DNA of 57,096 bases from the NCBI GenBank assembly GCA_036507075.1, contig DASXQR010000132.1:1-57096 (forward strand). The letters are read 5' to 3'. A model generated the notes under the pieces. The model saw nothing but the letters and a program-made list of their open reading frames with translations, did no database searches and had not been told where the DNA came from. This DNA comes from Acidobacteriota bacterium. GTDB taxonomy: Bacteria; Acidobacteriota; UBA6911; JACQSX01. Shown one piece after another: positions 19,163 through 28,833 of the stretch. Both the position numbers and the translations under genes were made by a program. Numbering within the stretch: the first letter of the stretch is position 1; each line of letters begins with the position of its first letter.

Positions 19163-21280
19163 GTGTCAACTGATCAGGGTCCGAAAAATCATCGTCCTTC
19201 GCGTCTTCGAGGTGAGCTTTCCACAGTTTCTCAGACTTGGCGCGAACAATTGTTTCCCAATAACGAGTGGGCATTGCTGCTCGTACTGCTGTTTGAATGT
19301 ATTGTCTTCAGCCTCACCGGCGGAAATTTTCTGACATCAGCGAATGCTTTCGAAATAACACGTTTGAGCGTTGAGGTCGGGTTGCTGGCCCTTGCGCTCA
19401 CGGCGGTCATTATCACTGGGGGAATTGATCTCTCCGTTGGCTCAATGATGGGACTGGCGGCAGTCGTTTTGGGCAGTCTGTGGCGCGACGCTCAAGTTCC
19501 TCTGCCGCTGGCGGTCGTTTTGACGCTTCTTGTTGGCGGTGCCGGCGGGGGACTGAACGCGCTTCTGATTGCGCGCTTCAATTTACCTCCACTGATCGTC
19601 ACGCTCGGCACCTTATCGCTTTTTCGCGGCATGGCCGAAGGCCTGACGCGTGGTATCGAGAACTACTCGGGATTTCCACCGAAGTTTCTCTTTCTCGGAC
19701 AGGGCTATCTTGGCGGTGTAACTCCTCCGCAGTTATTTGTGCTGGTGGCGGCGATTATCGGCTACGGATTGTTGCTGCATCGCACAGTCGTGGGGCGCAG
19801 TCTTTATGCCATAGGGTTCTCCGCAGAGGGAGGTCGTTATGCGGGGATTCCTGTCGCTCGCCGTCTTAGTCTTGTCTACGTGCTCTCCGGGCTGGTTGCA
19901 AGCCTGGCGGCTGTTATCTATGTGGCGCATATTGGCCAGGCGAAATCGGACGCGGGCATAGGTTTTGAGCTGATGGCGATCACAGCCGCCGTACTCGGTG
20001 GCACATCGATCTACGGCGGTCGCGGAACTATCTTTGGAACAGTTCTCGGCTTTTTTGCCATCGTAGTCCTGCAAAACGGCTTGCGCTTGAGCGCGCAGCC
20101 GTCGGAACTGGCGGGAATTCTCACCGGAGCATTATTGATCCTTACCATTCTGCTGGATCGCGTCTGGAGACGCGCCGAGGCGGAGCCCCGCGCCCACATT
20201 ATTGAACAGGAGAGTGACGTGAAAAATTCACAAGTCGCCGTTTTGAGTACGGTCATCTTGATTGCCGCCCTGACTGTAGCCGCAAGTAACTGGTTTCTGG
20301 TTCGCTCGCTGCGGCAAGAGCTTCGGAATGTGGCTGATGCGCCGGGCTCGTCTGCAGCAACCATTGGCGGCGGCCGCAAGCCCGTGATTGCAATGATGCC
20401 GAAAGCAAAAGGCGATCCCTATTTTGTCAGTTGCCGCCAAGGCGCCGCGGAGGCGGCAAAGGAATTGGGAGTCGAATTGCTGTGGGACGGACCCACTGAT
20501 CTTGATCCCGCCAAACAGAACGAAGCGGTCGAAGCTTGGATCACCAGAGGAGTTGATGTGATCGCCGTAAGCGTTGAGAATAAGGTCGGGATCTCAACCG
20601 TGCTGCGTAAGGCGCGACAGAAGGGCATTCGCGTGATCACCTGGGACGCGGATGCCGAAAGAGATGCGCGTGACTTCTTCATCAATCAGGCCACCCCGCA
20701 GGGCATCGGTTACACGTTGACAGATGAAGCGGCGAGAATTCTGCGCAATCAGGGCGAATTTGCCATTGTTACGGCCAGCCTGACCGCCGCCAATCAGAAC
20801 GAATGGATCAAACATATCAAGGCGCGATTGGCAAAAAAATATCCTTCCATAAAGCTGGTGGCGATCCAGCCGAGCGAAGGGGAGCGCGATCGCGCGTTCG
20901 CCGAGACCCAGACAGTCTTGAAGGTCTATCCGAACGTCAAGTTAATCATGGCGATTGCCGCTCCGGCAGTACCGGGAGCTGCCGAAGCGGTCAAGCAATC
21001 GGGTCGCAGCGATGTGAAAGTCATCGGGCTCTCTCTGCCCAATATGTGCAAGCCTTATGTACATGCGGGAGTGATCGAAAGCATCGTGCTGTGGAACACG
21101 CTGGATCTCGGATATCTCACGGTTTACACATCGCGCGCTTTGAGTGCGGGTGAACTGAAGCGAGGCGATCGCCAAATTGCGGCGGGGCGACTGGGCAGGA
21201 TCGAAGTGCGCGATGACGAGGTGATGCTCGGTGCTCCGTTTATTTTTAACAAATCGAATATTGATCGATTTAGTTTCTGA
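19163..21280 (+). CDS. Fused sugar ABC permease + substrate-binding protein (RhaS/LsrB-like)
   Basis: Permease motifs up to about 20170, then MMPKAKGDPYF...WDGP...LWNTLDLGYL with no intervening stop. Start uncertain because ATG 19121 lies inside the REP. Confidence 0.85.
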   Translation: MSTDQGPKNHRPSRLRGELSTVSQTWREQLFPNNEWALLLVLLFECIVFSLTGGNFLTSANAFEITRLSVEVGLLALALTAVIITGGIDLSVGSMMGLAAVVLGSLWRDAQVPLPLAVVLTLLVGGAGGGLNALLIARFNLPPLIVTLGTLSLFRGMAEGLTRGIENYSGFPPKFLFLGQGYLGGVTPPQLFVLVAAIIGYGLLLHRTVVGRSLYAIGFSAEGGRYAGIPVARRLSLVYVLSGLVASLAAVIYVAHIGQAKSDAGIGFELMAITAAVLGGTSIYGGRGTIFGTVLGFFAIVVLQNGLRLSAQPSELAGILTGALLILTILLDRVWRRAEAEPRAHIIEQESDVKNSQVAVLSTVILIAALTVAASNWFLVRSLRQELRNVADAPGSSAATIGGGRKPVIAMMPKAKGDPYFVSCRQGAAEAAKELGVELLWDGPTDLDPAKQNEAVEAWITRGVDVIAVSVENKVGISTVLRKARQKGIRVITWDADAERDARDFFINQATPQGIGYTLTDEAARILRNQGEFAIVTASLTAANQNEWIKHIKARLAKKYPSIKLVAIQPSEGERDRAFAETQTVLKVYPNVKLIMAIAAPAVPGAAEAVKQSGRSDVKVIGLSLPNMCKPYVHAGVIESIVLWNTLDLGYLTVYTSRALSAGELKRGDRQIAAGRLGRIEVRDDEVMLGAPFIFNKSNIDRFSF

Positions 21281-21287
21281 AAAAGAC

Positions 21288-21508
21288 GGTTATGAAGGGG
21301 GATGAAGGCAGGGGAACTTTAACCACAAAGACACAAAGGCACAAAGGGAAGACGTGGGGCAGGCAGAGGCCGGTCAGCCGGAAAAACCCTTGACCGCTTT
21401 CACTTTTGGACAGCTGACCGGCCTCTGCCTGCCCCACGTCTTACTTCGTGCTCTTTGTGTCTTTGTGGTTAAAGTTCCCTCTGCCTTCATCCCCCTTCCT
21501 TCATAACC
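21288..21508. repeat. About 220-bp long inverted repeat (MITE-like; may act as bidirectional terminator)
   Basis: Arms of about 90 bp, nearly perfect, between convergent genes; contains CACAAAG units. Confidence 0.85.
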
Positions 21509-21513
21509 CTTGC

Positions 21514-23709
21514 CTACCGCAGGAATGCCTCTGGCAATCCTCCGTCGACCACCAGAATCTGACCTGTGATCTTCGACGACCGCTCTGAGACCAGAAACAG
21601 TGCTCCTTCGGCCTGGTCCTCGGGCGTAATGGCAGACTTGGTGAGCGTGCGCTGCGCGTAAAAATCGGCCAGCTTGCGTCGCAGGATTTCCGTCTCCTCG
21701 GATTCGTCAAACGGGATCTCGTATTTGGCCAGCGATGCGATCACGCGCTCGCGCGGGAACATGCTTGAACCGGCAATGACTGTGGCCGGCGCCAGGGCAT
21801 TGACTCTCACCAGCGGCGCCAACTCCACTGCCAGACCGCGCACCAGATGATTGGCGGCCGCCTTGGAGGCGTCATAGGCCAGCGAGCCCTTCTTCGAGAC
21901 CACCGCATTCACGCTTGTGGTCAGCACCAGGCTGCCGCGAAGACCCTGCTTTTCCCAGATGTGCCGCGCTTCATCTGCGACCAGGTGGCTGCCCAGCACG
22001 TTGATGTTGAATGTGAGTTTCCACTGTTCATCGCTGATTCGGCCTTCCCGGTCCGGTGAAGGGAACAGGCCCGCCGTGACGATGACGTGATCGAGCCCGC
22101 CATAGGCCAGGACGGTTTGCTTGAGCATCTCGCGCACGCTCGCGCGATCGGTAATGTTGACTGAAAGGCCGATCGCCGGGCCGCAGCCTGAAATTCCCGA
22201 GCCGGCCACGCCGATTCCCGGACCGTGAATATCGGTCAGCTCCCGGGCTGTGGCTTCGGCGGCCGTCTTGTCCAGGTCCGCGCAAATCAGATGAGCCCCC
22301 TCGCGGGCGATCCGGCGCGCTACCGCCTTTCCAATCCCGCTGCCGGCTCCTACTACCAGCACGATGCTGCGCGCCAGCTCCCTTTCCGGCGGCATCCGCT
22401 TCAGCTTTGCTTCTTCAAGAAGCCAGTACTCAATGTCGAAAGCTTCCTGAGGCGGCAGGGCGACATACTGATCGATCGCCTCAGCTCCGCGCATAACTTC
22501 GACGGCGCAGTTGTAGAACTCAGCCGTCACGCGCGACTCGCTTTTGTTCTTGCCCCGGGCGATCATTCCGATTCCGGGGATCAGGATCACTGTCGGATTG
22601 GGATCACGCATCGGCGGCGAGTCCAGCCGCTTGCAGGTGTCGTAGTATGCCGCATAATCTCTTTGGTAATGTTCCAGCCCGGCACTGAGTTTTAGCTTCA
22701 GCGCGTCAATGCTCTCTCTTTGCGGATCCCAATTCAGATACAAGGGTTTGATCTTCGTCCGCAGGAAGTGATCAGGGCATGAGGTCCCCAATTGTGCCAG
22801 ACGCGCCGCATCGTGACTATCCACGAAGCGAAGAATCGCCGGGTCGGACTGCACGGTGGCAATGAGGGGCTTTCCCGGCGACATCTGACCGCGCAACCAG
22901 GGTAGGAGCTCAAAGAGAACTTCGTTCCGCTTTTCCTCGGTCAGCGATTTGTATTTGAGTCCCCCGAATGTTTTCTCTCCCCTGTCTTTCGATGCGATGT
23001 AGGCGGCGGCCTTCTCGGTAAGGGCGAGCGTCAAGTCATAACAAGCCTTATCGTCGTCGGCCCAGTTGATCAGACCGTGTTGTCCCAGGACGACGCCCTT
23101 CAGGCCTGGATCAGATCTGCATAGCCGCTGCAATTCGAGCGCCAGTTCAAAGCCGGGGCGCAACCAGGGAGTCCATCCAATCTCATTTCCGAAGATTTCA
23201 CCCGTCAGCTCCCTGGAACGCCTCGCAGCGGCAACGGCGATCACCGAATTCGGATGCACGTGATCGATGTGCCTTGCGGGAACAAATGAATGCAACGGCG
23301 TATCAATTGAAGGAGCTCGAGGGTTAAGGCTGAAGGTGCAATGAGGGTAATAACCCACCATCCGATCTTCGGCTTCCGTCTTTGGTCCTCCCGGTTCGGC
23401 CGAAGCGTAGATCTTTTGCAGCGAAAGCAGTTTTTCCTGGTAGAGCGAGGCGAAATTTTCCAGCGTGCTGGTGCGGAGGTCGCCGCCTGAACCTTTTACC
23501 CAGAGGACTTCTACTTGATGACCGGTAAGCGGGTCCTTCTCGAGGAGCTTGGCGGAAGTATTTCCGCCCCCCGTGTTGGTAATACGCTGGTCTGAACCGA
23601 GCAGGTTGGAACGATAAACCAGCCGTTGTGCGGGCGAAAGCCCGGCGGCGACTCCAGCGTTCCAAAGATAGTTCACGTGTTTGTACTTGACTGGTGTAAG
23701 CGTGGGCAT
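21514..23709 (-). CDS. rhaEW: Bifunctional rhamnulose-1-phosphate aldolase / short-chain dehydrogenase
   Basis: TNTGGGNTS, VKGSGGD, PSIDTPLH, GTSCPDHFLRTK and IEYWLLEEAKL, followed by an SDR domain (GAGSGIG, YDASK). Confidence 0.92.
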   Translation of the reverse strand: MPTLTPVKYKHVNYLWNAGVAAGLSPAQRLVYRSNLLGSDQRITNTGGGNTSAKLLEKDPLTGHQVEVLWVKGSGGDLRTSTLENFASLYQEKLLSLQKIYASAEPGGPKTEAEDRMVGYYPHCTFSLNPRAPSIDTPLHSFVPARHIDHVHPNSVIAVAAARRSRELTGEIFGNEIGWTPWLRPGFELALELQRLCRSDPGLKGVVLGQHGLINWADDDKACYDLTLALTEKAAAYIASKDRGEKTFGGLKYKSLTEEKRNEVLFELLPWLRGQMSPGKPLIATVQSDPAILRFVDSHDAARLAQLGTSCPDHFLRTKIKPLYLNWDPQRESIDALKLKLSAGLEHYQRDYAAYYDTCKRLDSPPMRDPNPTVILIPGIGMIARGKNKSESRVTAEFYNCAVEVMRGAEAIDQYVALPPQEAFDIEYWLLEEAKLKRMPPERELARSIVLVVGAGSGIGKAVARRIAREGAHLICADLDKTAAEATARELTDIHGPGIGVAGSGISGCGPAIGLSVNITDRASVREMLKQTVLAYGGLDHVIVTAGLFPSPDREGRISDEQWKLTFNINVLGSHLVADEARHIWEKQGLRGSLVLTTSVNAVVSKKGSLAYDASKAAANHLVRGLAVELAPLVRVNALAPATVIAGSSMFPRERVIASLAKYEIPFDESEETEILRRKLADFYAQRTLTKSAITPEDQAEGALFLVSERSSKITGQILVVDGGLPEAFLR

Positions 23710-23735
23710 GAGGAATTCGTATTTAGCATGAAAGA

Positions 23736-23797
23736 ATTCACCACAAAGACACAAAGGCACCAAGATTTCTTGTGCCCTTTGTGTCTTTGTGGTGAAT
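23736..23797. repeat. CACAAAG-family hairpin
   Basis: ATTCACCACAAAGACACAAAGG ... CCTTTGTGTCTTTGTGGTGAAT. Confidence 0.85.
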
Positions 23798-23811
23798 CTT
23801 TTCACGTGTTT

Positions 23812-24159
23812 TCATGTCAAATGAAAGATCTCCGGTATAGGCTCCATCTGTTCGTCTGCTTTGCGCCCGGGCATGCCATCAAAGAATTCGGCCATTTCTG
23901 CCTGCCATTTGCGGTTCACCTCCGCGGCGGCCATCAGTTGCAGGGCCCGGTTGAAATCGGCGGTCTCAAGATATCCGACGAGCAGACCATCATCGCGCAA
24001 AAACAAGGAGTAGTTGTGCCAGCCGGCCCGGCTAAGGGCTTCGAGCATCTCAGGCCAGACAGCGGCGTGGCGGGCCTTATACTCTTCCAGCCTGTTCCGT
24101 TTCACCTGCAAACAGAAGCAGATTCTGTGAAGCGTGTTGGTGGACTCGTTATGGTTCAT
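23812..24159 (-). CDS. rhaM: L-rhamnose mutarotase
   Basis: EYKARHAAVWPEM, NYSLFL, VNRKWQ and EIFHL motifs. Confidence 0.92.
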   Translation of the reverse strand: MNHNESTNTLHRICFCLQVKRNRLEEYKARHAAVWPEMLEALSRAGWHNYSLFLRDDGLLVGYLETADFNRALQLMAAAEVNRKWQAEMAEFFDGMPGRKADEQMEPIPEIFHLT

Positions 24160-24205
24160 GAGGATTTGTCACCGACTCACCGCCCGACGCCGTCAAGTTT
24201 GGGCC

Positions 24206-24374
24206 GTAGAGACGCGATACATCGCGTCTGAGGCGGGCGCGATAAATCGCGCCCAGCGCCGCTTTGCGGCTCTCCGGACGCGACATGTCGCGTCCAACTC
24301 AGACGCGGCATGTGCCGCGTCTCTACGCCTGAAAATCTCAAAGCTCCAGGTAGACGGCCCAGCGGGCCGTCTAC
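24206..24374. repeat. GTAG-type REPIN plus single GTAGACGGCCC-N-GGGCCGTCTAC palindrome
   Basis: GTAG at the left end and CTAC at the right end (24326). The second palindrome (24350-24374) contains the rhaB stop codon. Confidence 0.8.
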
Positions 24375-25891
24375 CTAAGTTTCGGGGCGGCTTCTAGCCG
24401 CCGCGCCGCTGATCCTTCGCCGCAATAAGACAACAGCCTGCTGTATGCGCTGTCCCACTTTTCTGTCTCTGCGGGTTCAAACACCCGCGCAGGAAAAGAC
24501 TGCTCGATCAAGTCTCGCGCCTCGTCCAGGGAAGCAATTGCGCCGATGCTGACCATCTGCATCGCCAGATTTCCGAGCGCCGTGGCTTCGGCGGGCCCAG
24601 CCAGAACTTTCCTTCCTGTCGCGTCGGCCGTGAATTGGTTCAGCACCGAATTCTGTGAGCCGCCGCCAATAACGCGGATCTGTTCGACTGGAATGCCGGT
24701 TAATAATTCCAACTGCTCGAGCACAATGCGATACTTCAGAGCCAGGCCTTCCAGCACGGCCCGCACATACGATCCCGGACCGTGAGGAGCGGGCTGGTCA
24801 GTTTTGAGACAGTATTCGTCGATTGCTCGCGTCATGTCGCCGGGCCGGACAAATAGAGGATCATCGGGATCAACAATTCGCCGAAAAGGTTCCTCGGCAT
24901 CTGACATCGCCATTAGTGCCTCCCATTCATAACTTCGTCCGTTCTTGTTCCAGACGCGACGACAGCCTTCCAGCAGCCACAAACCGGTGATGTTCTTGAG
25001 CAGGCGAATGGTTCCGAACACTCCGCCTTCGTTGGTGAAGTTCAGCCGTTGCGATTCTGCCGTAACGACCGGTGCTTTCACTTCGGTCCCTAGCAGTGAC
25101 CATGTGCCTGAGCTCAGAAACGCTGTTTTGCCAGTGGCTCTCACCGCGGCTACCGCTGAACCGGTGTCGTGGCAGGCCGGGGCGACTACGGCTGTCGAGT
25201 CCAGACCCGCATGCTCTGCAAGATCCGGAATCAGCCCGCCGATCACTGTGCCAGGCTGAACAACTGGCGCGAGCATGTGAGTTGGAAGGCCGAGGTCGCG
25301 CAACAGTTCGCGCGACCAATCACCGCTCCTGCAGTTCAAAAACTGCGTGGTGGTTGCATTTGTGTACTCACAGGTCACTTCACCGGTGAGCCAGAAATTA
25401 ATAAGATCGGGGATGGTGACCAGAAAGTCTGCGGCCGCGAGCACCTTCGGCGTCCTTTGCGCGGCGGCGTAAAGCTGGTAAAGAGTGTTGATCGGCAGGA
25501 ACTGGATGCCGGTGGTATGGTAAATCCGGTCGCGAGAGACACGCTCGAACACGCGCTCCATCATTCCGTTGGTCCTGCTGTCCCGGTAATGATACGGGTT
25601 CTCCAGCAGCACGCCGCCCTCGCCTAAAAGTCCATAGTCGACTCCCCATGTGTCAACGCCGATGCTTGCCAAAACCTCGATGCCGTTGGCGCCCAGCGAA
25701 CCTAAAGTTGACTGGATTTCGCCCCAGATTCGGGGTATGTCCCAGTGCAACTCACCGTTGTACTTCACCGGATCATTGCGGAATCGGTGAATCTCCCTGA
25801 TCGATAAGCGGCCGTCTCCAAGACATCCGACAACGGCACGGCCGCTGGCTGCGCCCAGATCGAAGGCCAGAACGGCGACGTTTCTGCTCAT
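24371..25891 (-). CDS. rhaB: Rhamnulokinase
   Basis: FDLGAASGR, GVDTWGVDY, HDTGSAV, SSGTWSLLG, FTNEGG and EATALGN motifs. Confidence 0.93.
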   Translation of the reverse strand: MSRNVAVLAFDLGAASGRAVVGCLGDGRLSIREIHRFRNDPVKYNGELHWDIPRIWGEIQSTLGSLGANGIEVLASIGVDTWGVDYGLLGEGGVLLENPYHYRDSRTNGMMERVFERVSRDRIYHTTGIQFLPINTLYQLYAAAQRTPKVLAAADFLVTIPDLINFWLTGEVTCEYTNATTTQFLNCRSGDWSRELLRDLGLPTHMLAPVVQPGTVIGGLIPDLAEHAGLDSTAVVAPACHDTGSAVAAVRATGKTAFLSSGTWSLLGTEVKAPVVTAESQRLNFTNEGGVFGTIRLLKNITGLWLLEGCRRVWNKNGRSYEWEALMAMSDAEEPFRRIVDPDDPLFVRPGDMTRAIDEYCLKTDQPAPHGPGSYVRAVLEGLALKYRIVLEQLELLTGIPVEQIRVIGGGSQNSVLNQFTADATGRKVLAGPAEATALGNLAMQMVSIGAIASLDEARDLIEQSFPARVFEPAETEKWDSAYSRLLSYCGEGSAARRLEAAPKLR

Positions 25892-25897
25892 GGTCCT

Positions 25898-27097
25898 TTA
25901 CACGTAGCTTGTGACCGAAGAGGCATTCTTTACGGCGCGCTCTGCTGTGATCTTCTCCAGATAGCCGCTCTGCCGGAAAGCATCCATCGGGTCTTCCGGG
26001 AGACCCTTGGATCGCGCCCATTCACGGATAACCGGCCGCACATCGGTCGAAAAGGCATTCTTCAGACAGGATTCCGCATCCACAAGAGAGCATGAGACCT
26101 GGTATCTTGCGAGCCGCTCGTGATCCACAATGGCCGCCTTCGCGAAGAGTTCCTGCGCCGTCGTGATCGTCTGGATCATGGCTTCTATCTTGCCTTTGAG
26201 GTTGTGGCTCTGGTCGATCATGTAGGCAATGTCGGCACGCCTGCCGGTCTCCCATTCGAAGAAGCGGATTTCGTGGAACACGCGAAATATCTGGTAAGGA
26301 TCTATTGACCCCATCGTCAGATCGTCGTCGGCGTAGCGGCGATCGTTAAAGTGGAAGCCGCCAAGCATGTCAAAGTCGAGCAGCCAGGCGACAATCTGCT
26401 CGACGTTTTGACTCTGATAGTGATGTCCCGTATCCACCAGGACTTTGGCTTTCGGACCGGCTGCCTTTGCCAGCAGCAGTGCCATGCCCCAGTCGGCAAT
26501 GTCGGTGTGGTAGAAAGCCGGCTCGAATGGCTTGTACTCCAACAGCATGCGCTGCTGCTTTGCAAGCCTGGCATGAATTTCTGCCAACTCCTGTTCGAAC
26601 CATTTTCGCCGCCGACGAATATTCTGTGTTCCGGGATAATTGGAGCCATCCGCAAACCAAAGTGACAGGTCCCGGCTCCCCAGAGCCTTGGCGATCTCCA
26701 GACTGTCAAGAATGTGCTGCAAGGCGGCCTGGCGAACGGTCGGATCCGGATTGCCGAAAGAGCCGAACTTGTAGATCTGGTCCTCGAACACATTCGGATT
26801 GATGGATCCGGCGCGCACACCGTGTTTGGAAGCCAGTTGTTCTACTTTGCCGATCCCGCCGATGCCGTCCGGGAAGTCCCACAGTACATGGAGGGCCATC
26901 GTGGAACAAACACCAGTGAGACGGTGAATCTGTCCGGCATCGCTGAATTTCTCCTCAATTGTCGTGGCTGCGGCAGGCTGCAGGAATTTTCCGAATCGCG
27001 TGCCGGTATTGGCGAAGCCCCAGGAAGACAGTTCAATGCTGAGGGAATCCAAAGCTTCAAAGATGATCTCGGTTTGCCTGGTAGTGGTCATTCTCAT
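25898..27097 (-). CDS. rhaI: L-rhamnose isomerase (RhaI, xylose-isomerase-like subtype)
   Basis: SWGFANTGTRF, WFADGSNYPG, EYKPFEPAFY, DTGHH, FHFND..YADDDL and MIDQSHN motifs. Confidence 0.9.
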   Translation of the reverse strand: MRMTTTRQTEIIFEALDSLSIELSSWGFANTGTRFGKFLQPAAATTIEEKFSDAGQIHRLTGVCSTMALHVLWDFPDGIGGIGKVEQLASKHGVRAGSINPNVFEDQIYKFGSFGNPDPTVRQAALQHILDSLEIAKALGSRDLSLWFADGSNYPGTQNIRRRRKWFEQELAEIHARLAKQQRMLLEYKPFEPAFYHTDIADWGMALLLAKAAGPKAKVLVDTGHHYQSQNVEQIVAWLLDFDMLGGFHFNDRRYADDDLTMGSIDPYQIFRVFHEIRFFEWETGRRADIAYMIDQSHNLKGKIEAMIQTITTAQELFAKAAIVDHERLARYQVSCSLVDAESCLKNAFSTDVRPVIREWARSKGLPEDPMDAFRQSGYLEKITAERAVKNASSVTSYV

Positions 27098-27137
27098 TTC
27101 CTGTCGACAAAAGGATTCCCCTAACCTGGCTGTCGTG

Positions 27138-27217
27138 TCAAAGACTTTCCAGCATTGCGCCCCGCATTCCTCAATGCAGAACGTTGGCGCGGGGATCGTG
27201 CCCTCAAAGACCTTTGA
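27138..27217. promoter_or_regulatory. Candidate operator sites TCAAAG-AC-CTTTGA (27204-27217) and an imperfect copy (27138-27151)
   Basis: Palindrome upstream of rhaI; related GAAAG-AC-CTTTC at 28640-28651. Confidence 0.5.
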
Positions 27218-27340
27218 AAGGCTAAGGCTTTGTCTAAAGAGCCTGCCTCGCTGCCAAACGTCGGAACCACGCCTGGATTGCTTGCGTTTTGCATAGCAAA
27301 ATGTTAAATCGAATCATTTCCAGAGGATGACCGAGGTATT

Positions 27341-27462
27341 CACCGCGAAGGCGCGAAGACGCGAAGGGTTTCGATCGACAGCATCGATCGGTTGATGGAA
27401 GCTAATCATCGCCGCCCTGTTTGAGTCAGCCGAGGCTTTCGCGTCTTCGCGCCTTCGCGGTT
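27341..27462. repeat. ACCGCGAAGGCGCGAAGACGCGAAG inverted repeat
   Basis: Arms about 27341-27366 and 27437-27462; same periodic style as the CACAAAG family. Confidence 0.8.
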
Positions 27463-27487
27463 CGGTTTTTTTGGAGCAGGGCCATCA

Positions 27488-28621
27488 ATGGGCACTTCAC
27501 GCAGCCGCTACATCATAAAGTCCCTGGTTCACGCGTCCCAGGTGTTGTCTGCCTTCGAGAACCCGGGAGAGGTTCTGCGCCTGCGAGATGTGGTTTCAAG
27601 GACTGGGTTGAACAAGGGAATGTGTTTCCGGCTCCTGTACACTCTTCACGAGTGCGGATTTCTCGAGAAGGTTGGTCAAAACAGCTATCGTTTGATTTCG
27701 GAAATACATCGCCGGCGGAGATATCGGATCGGCTACGGGGCACAGGGCCAGGACAGTTCATTCCCGCGTGAAGTTCATGCCGGGTTGGTCCGGGCCGCAG
27801 AGAGAGAGCAGGTGGAGCTGATCGTGGTCGACAACCGTTATCAGCCGAAGATCGCGCTGCGGAATGCCGATCATCTGATTCACGAACAGGTAGATCTGGT
27901 CATCGAGTTTCAAACCGACGAGGCGATCGCGCCCGCCATCGCCTCAAAGTATCTGGAAGCGCACCTGCCTTTCATCGCGATCGATATACCCCATCCCGGC
28001 GCGACTTACTTTGGCGCTAACAATTACGAAGCGGGGCTGATCGGAGGGCGACACCTGGGACGCTGGGCAAGAAAGATTTGGGATGGAGCGGTCGACGAAA
28101 TCCTCATGATCGAGCTGGCACGGGCAGGCTCCATCCCCCAGGCGCGCATTCGCGGAATGCTTGCCGGCATTCATGAAATAGTTCATGGATCTGAATCCTG
28201 TCCCGCGGTTCATATTGATGGCGACGGGCAATTCAAGGCCGCCCTGGAGCGGGTGCGGAAGCATCTGCGCGAGACCCAGGCGAAGCGAATTCTGGTTGGC
28301 GCGGCAAATGACCCGAGCGCGCTCGGGACACTGCGGGCATTTCAAGAGGCCGGCCGTCCGGCTGATTGCGCCGTGGTGGGGCAGAATGCCGAACCGGAGG
28401 GCCGTGCCGAGCTTCGAACTCCGCGCACCCGTCTGATCGGCTCGGTAGGATATTTTCCGGAAAAGTATGGTGACGGTTTGATGCGCCTTGCTTTGGATAT
28501 GCTGGCAGGCAAGGTCGTCCCGCCGGCAGTGTTCATCAAACACCATCTCATTACGCCTGAAAACGTGAACCACTTCTACCCGAACGACAGCCTGCTTGCC
28601 GTGGGAGCCGGCGCAGTGTGA
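27488..28621 (+). CDS. Transcriptional regulator: IclR-type HTH fused to RbsB/LacI-type sugar-binding domain
   Basis: YIIKSLVHASQVLSAF...LRLRDVVSRTGLNKGMCFRLLYTL HTH; then IAIDIP, YFGANNYEAG, ANDPSALG; divergent from rhaI. Confidence 0.85.
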   Translation: MGTSRSRYIIKSLVHASQVLSAFENPGEVLRLRDVVSRTGLNKGMCFRLLYTLHECGFLEKVGQNSYRLISEIHRRRRYRIGYGAQGQDSSFPREVHAGLVRAAEREQVELIVVDNRYQPKIALRNADHLIHEQVDLVIEFQTDEAIAPAIASKYLEAHLPFIAIDIPHPGATYFGANNYEAGLIGGRHLGRWARKIWDGAVDEILMIELARAGSIPQARIRGMLAGIHEIVHGSESCPAVHIDGDGQFKAALERVRKHLRETQAKRILVGAANDPSALGTLRAFQEAGRPADCAVVGQNAEPEGRAELRTPRTRLIGSVGYFPEKYGDGLMRLALDMLAGKVVPPAVFIKHHLITPENVNHFYPNDSLLAVGAGAV

Positions 28622-28639
28622 GAACCTGCGAAAAAATCA

Positions 28640-28651
28640 GAAAGACCTTTC
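28640..28651. promoter_or_regulatory. Candidate operator GAAAGACCTTTC upstream of the TonB receptor
   Basis: Palindrome sharing the core of the 27204 site. Confidence 0.45.
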
Positions 28652-28833
28652 AACAGTACCGCGTCGCGCGGACCGCGCTGCGTCACAAAGCACACGAAGA
28701 ACCATTTACGCGCGGTGTATACTCTTCTTACCGCCAAAGATTTTCAGTTTCAGCCTGCAGCCTTCGCGCCGCGCCGCCGCCTGGGAACGGCGGGACCGGG
28801 ATGCCGGTGCCGGCGCAAGGAAGGGAGCGACTT

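Noticed and set aside
27185..27202. Sigma-54 promoter (TGGCGC...), also near 1386
   Set aside because: The spacing to the GC element does not fit the -24/-12 consensus.
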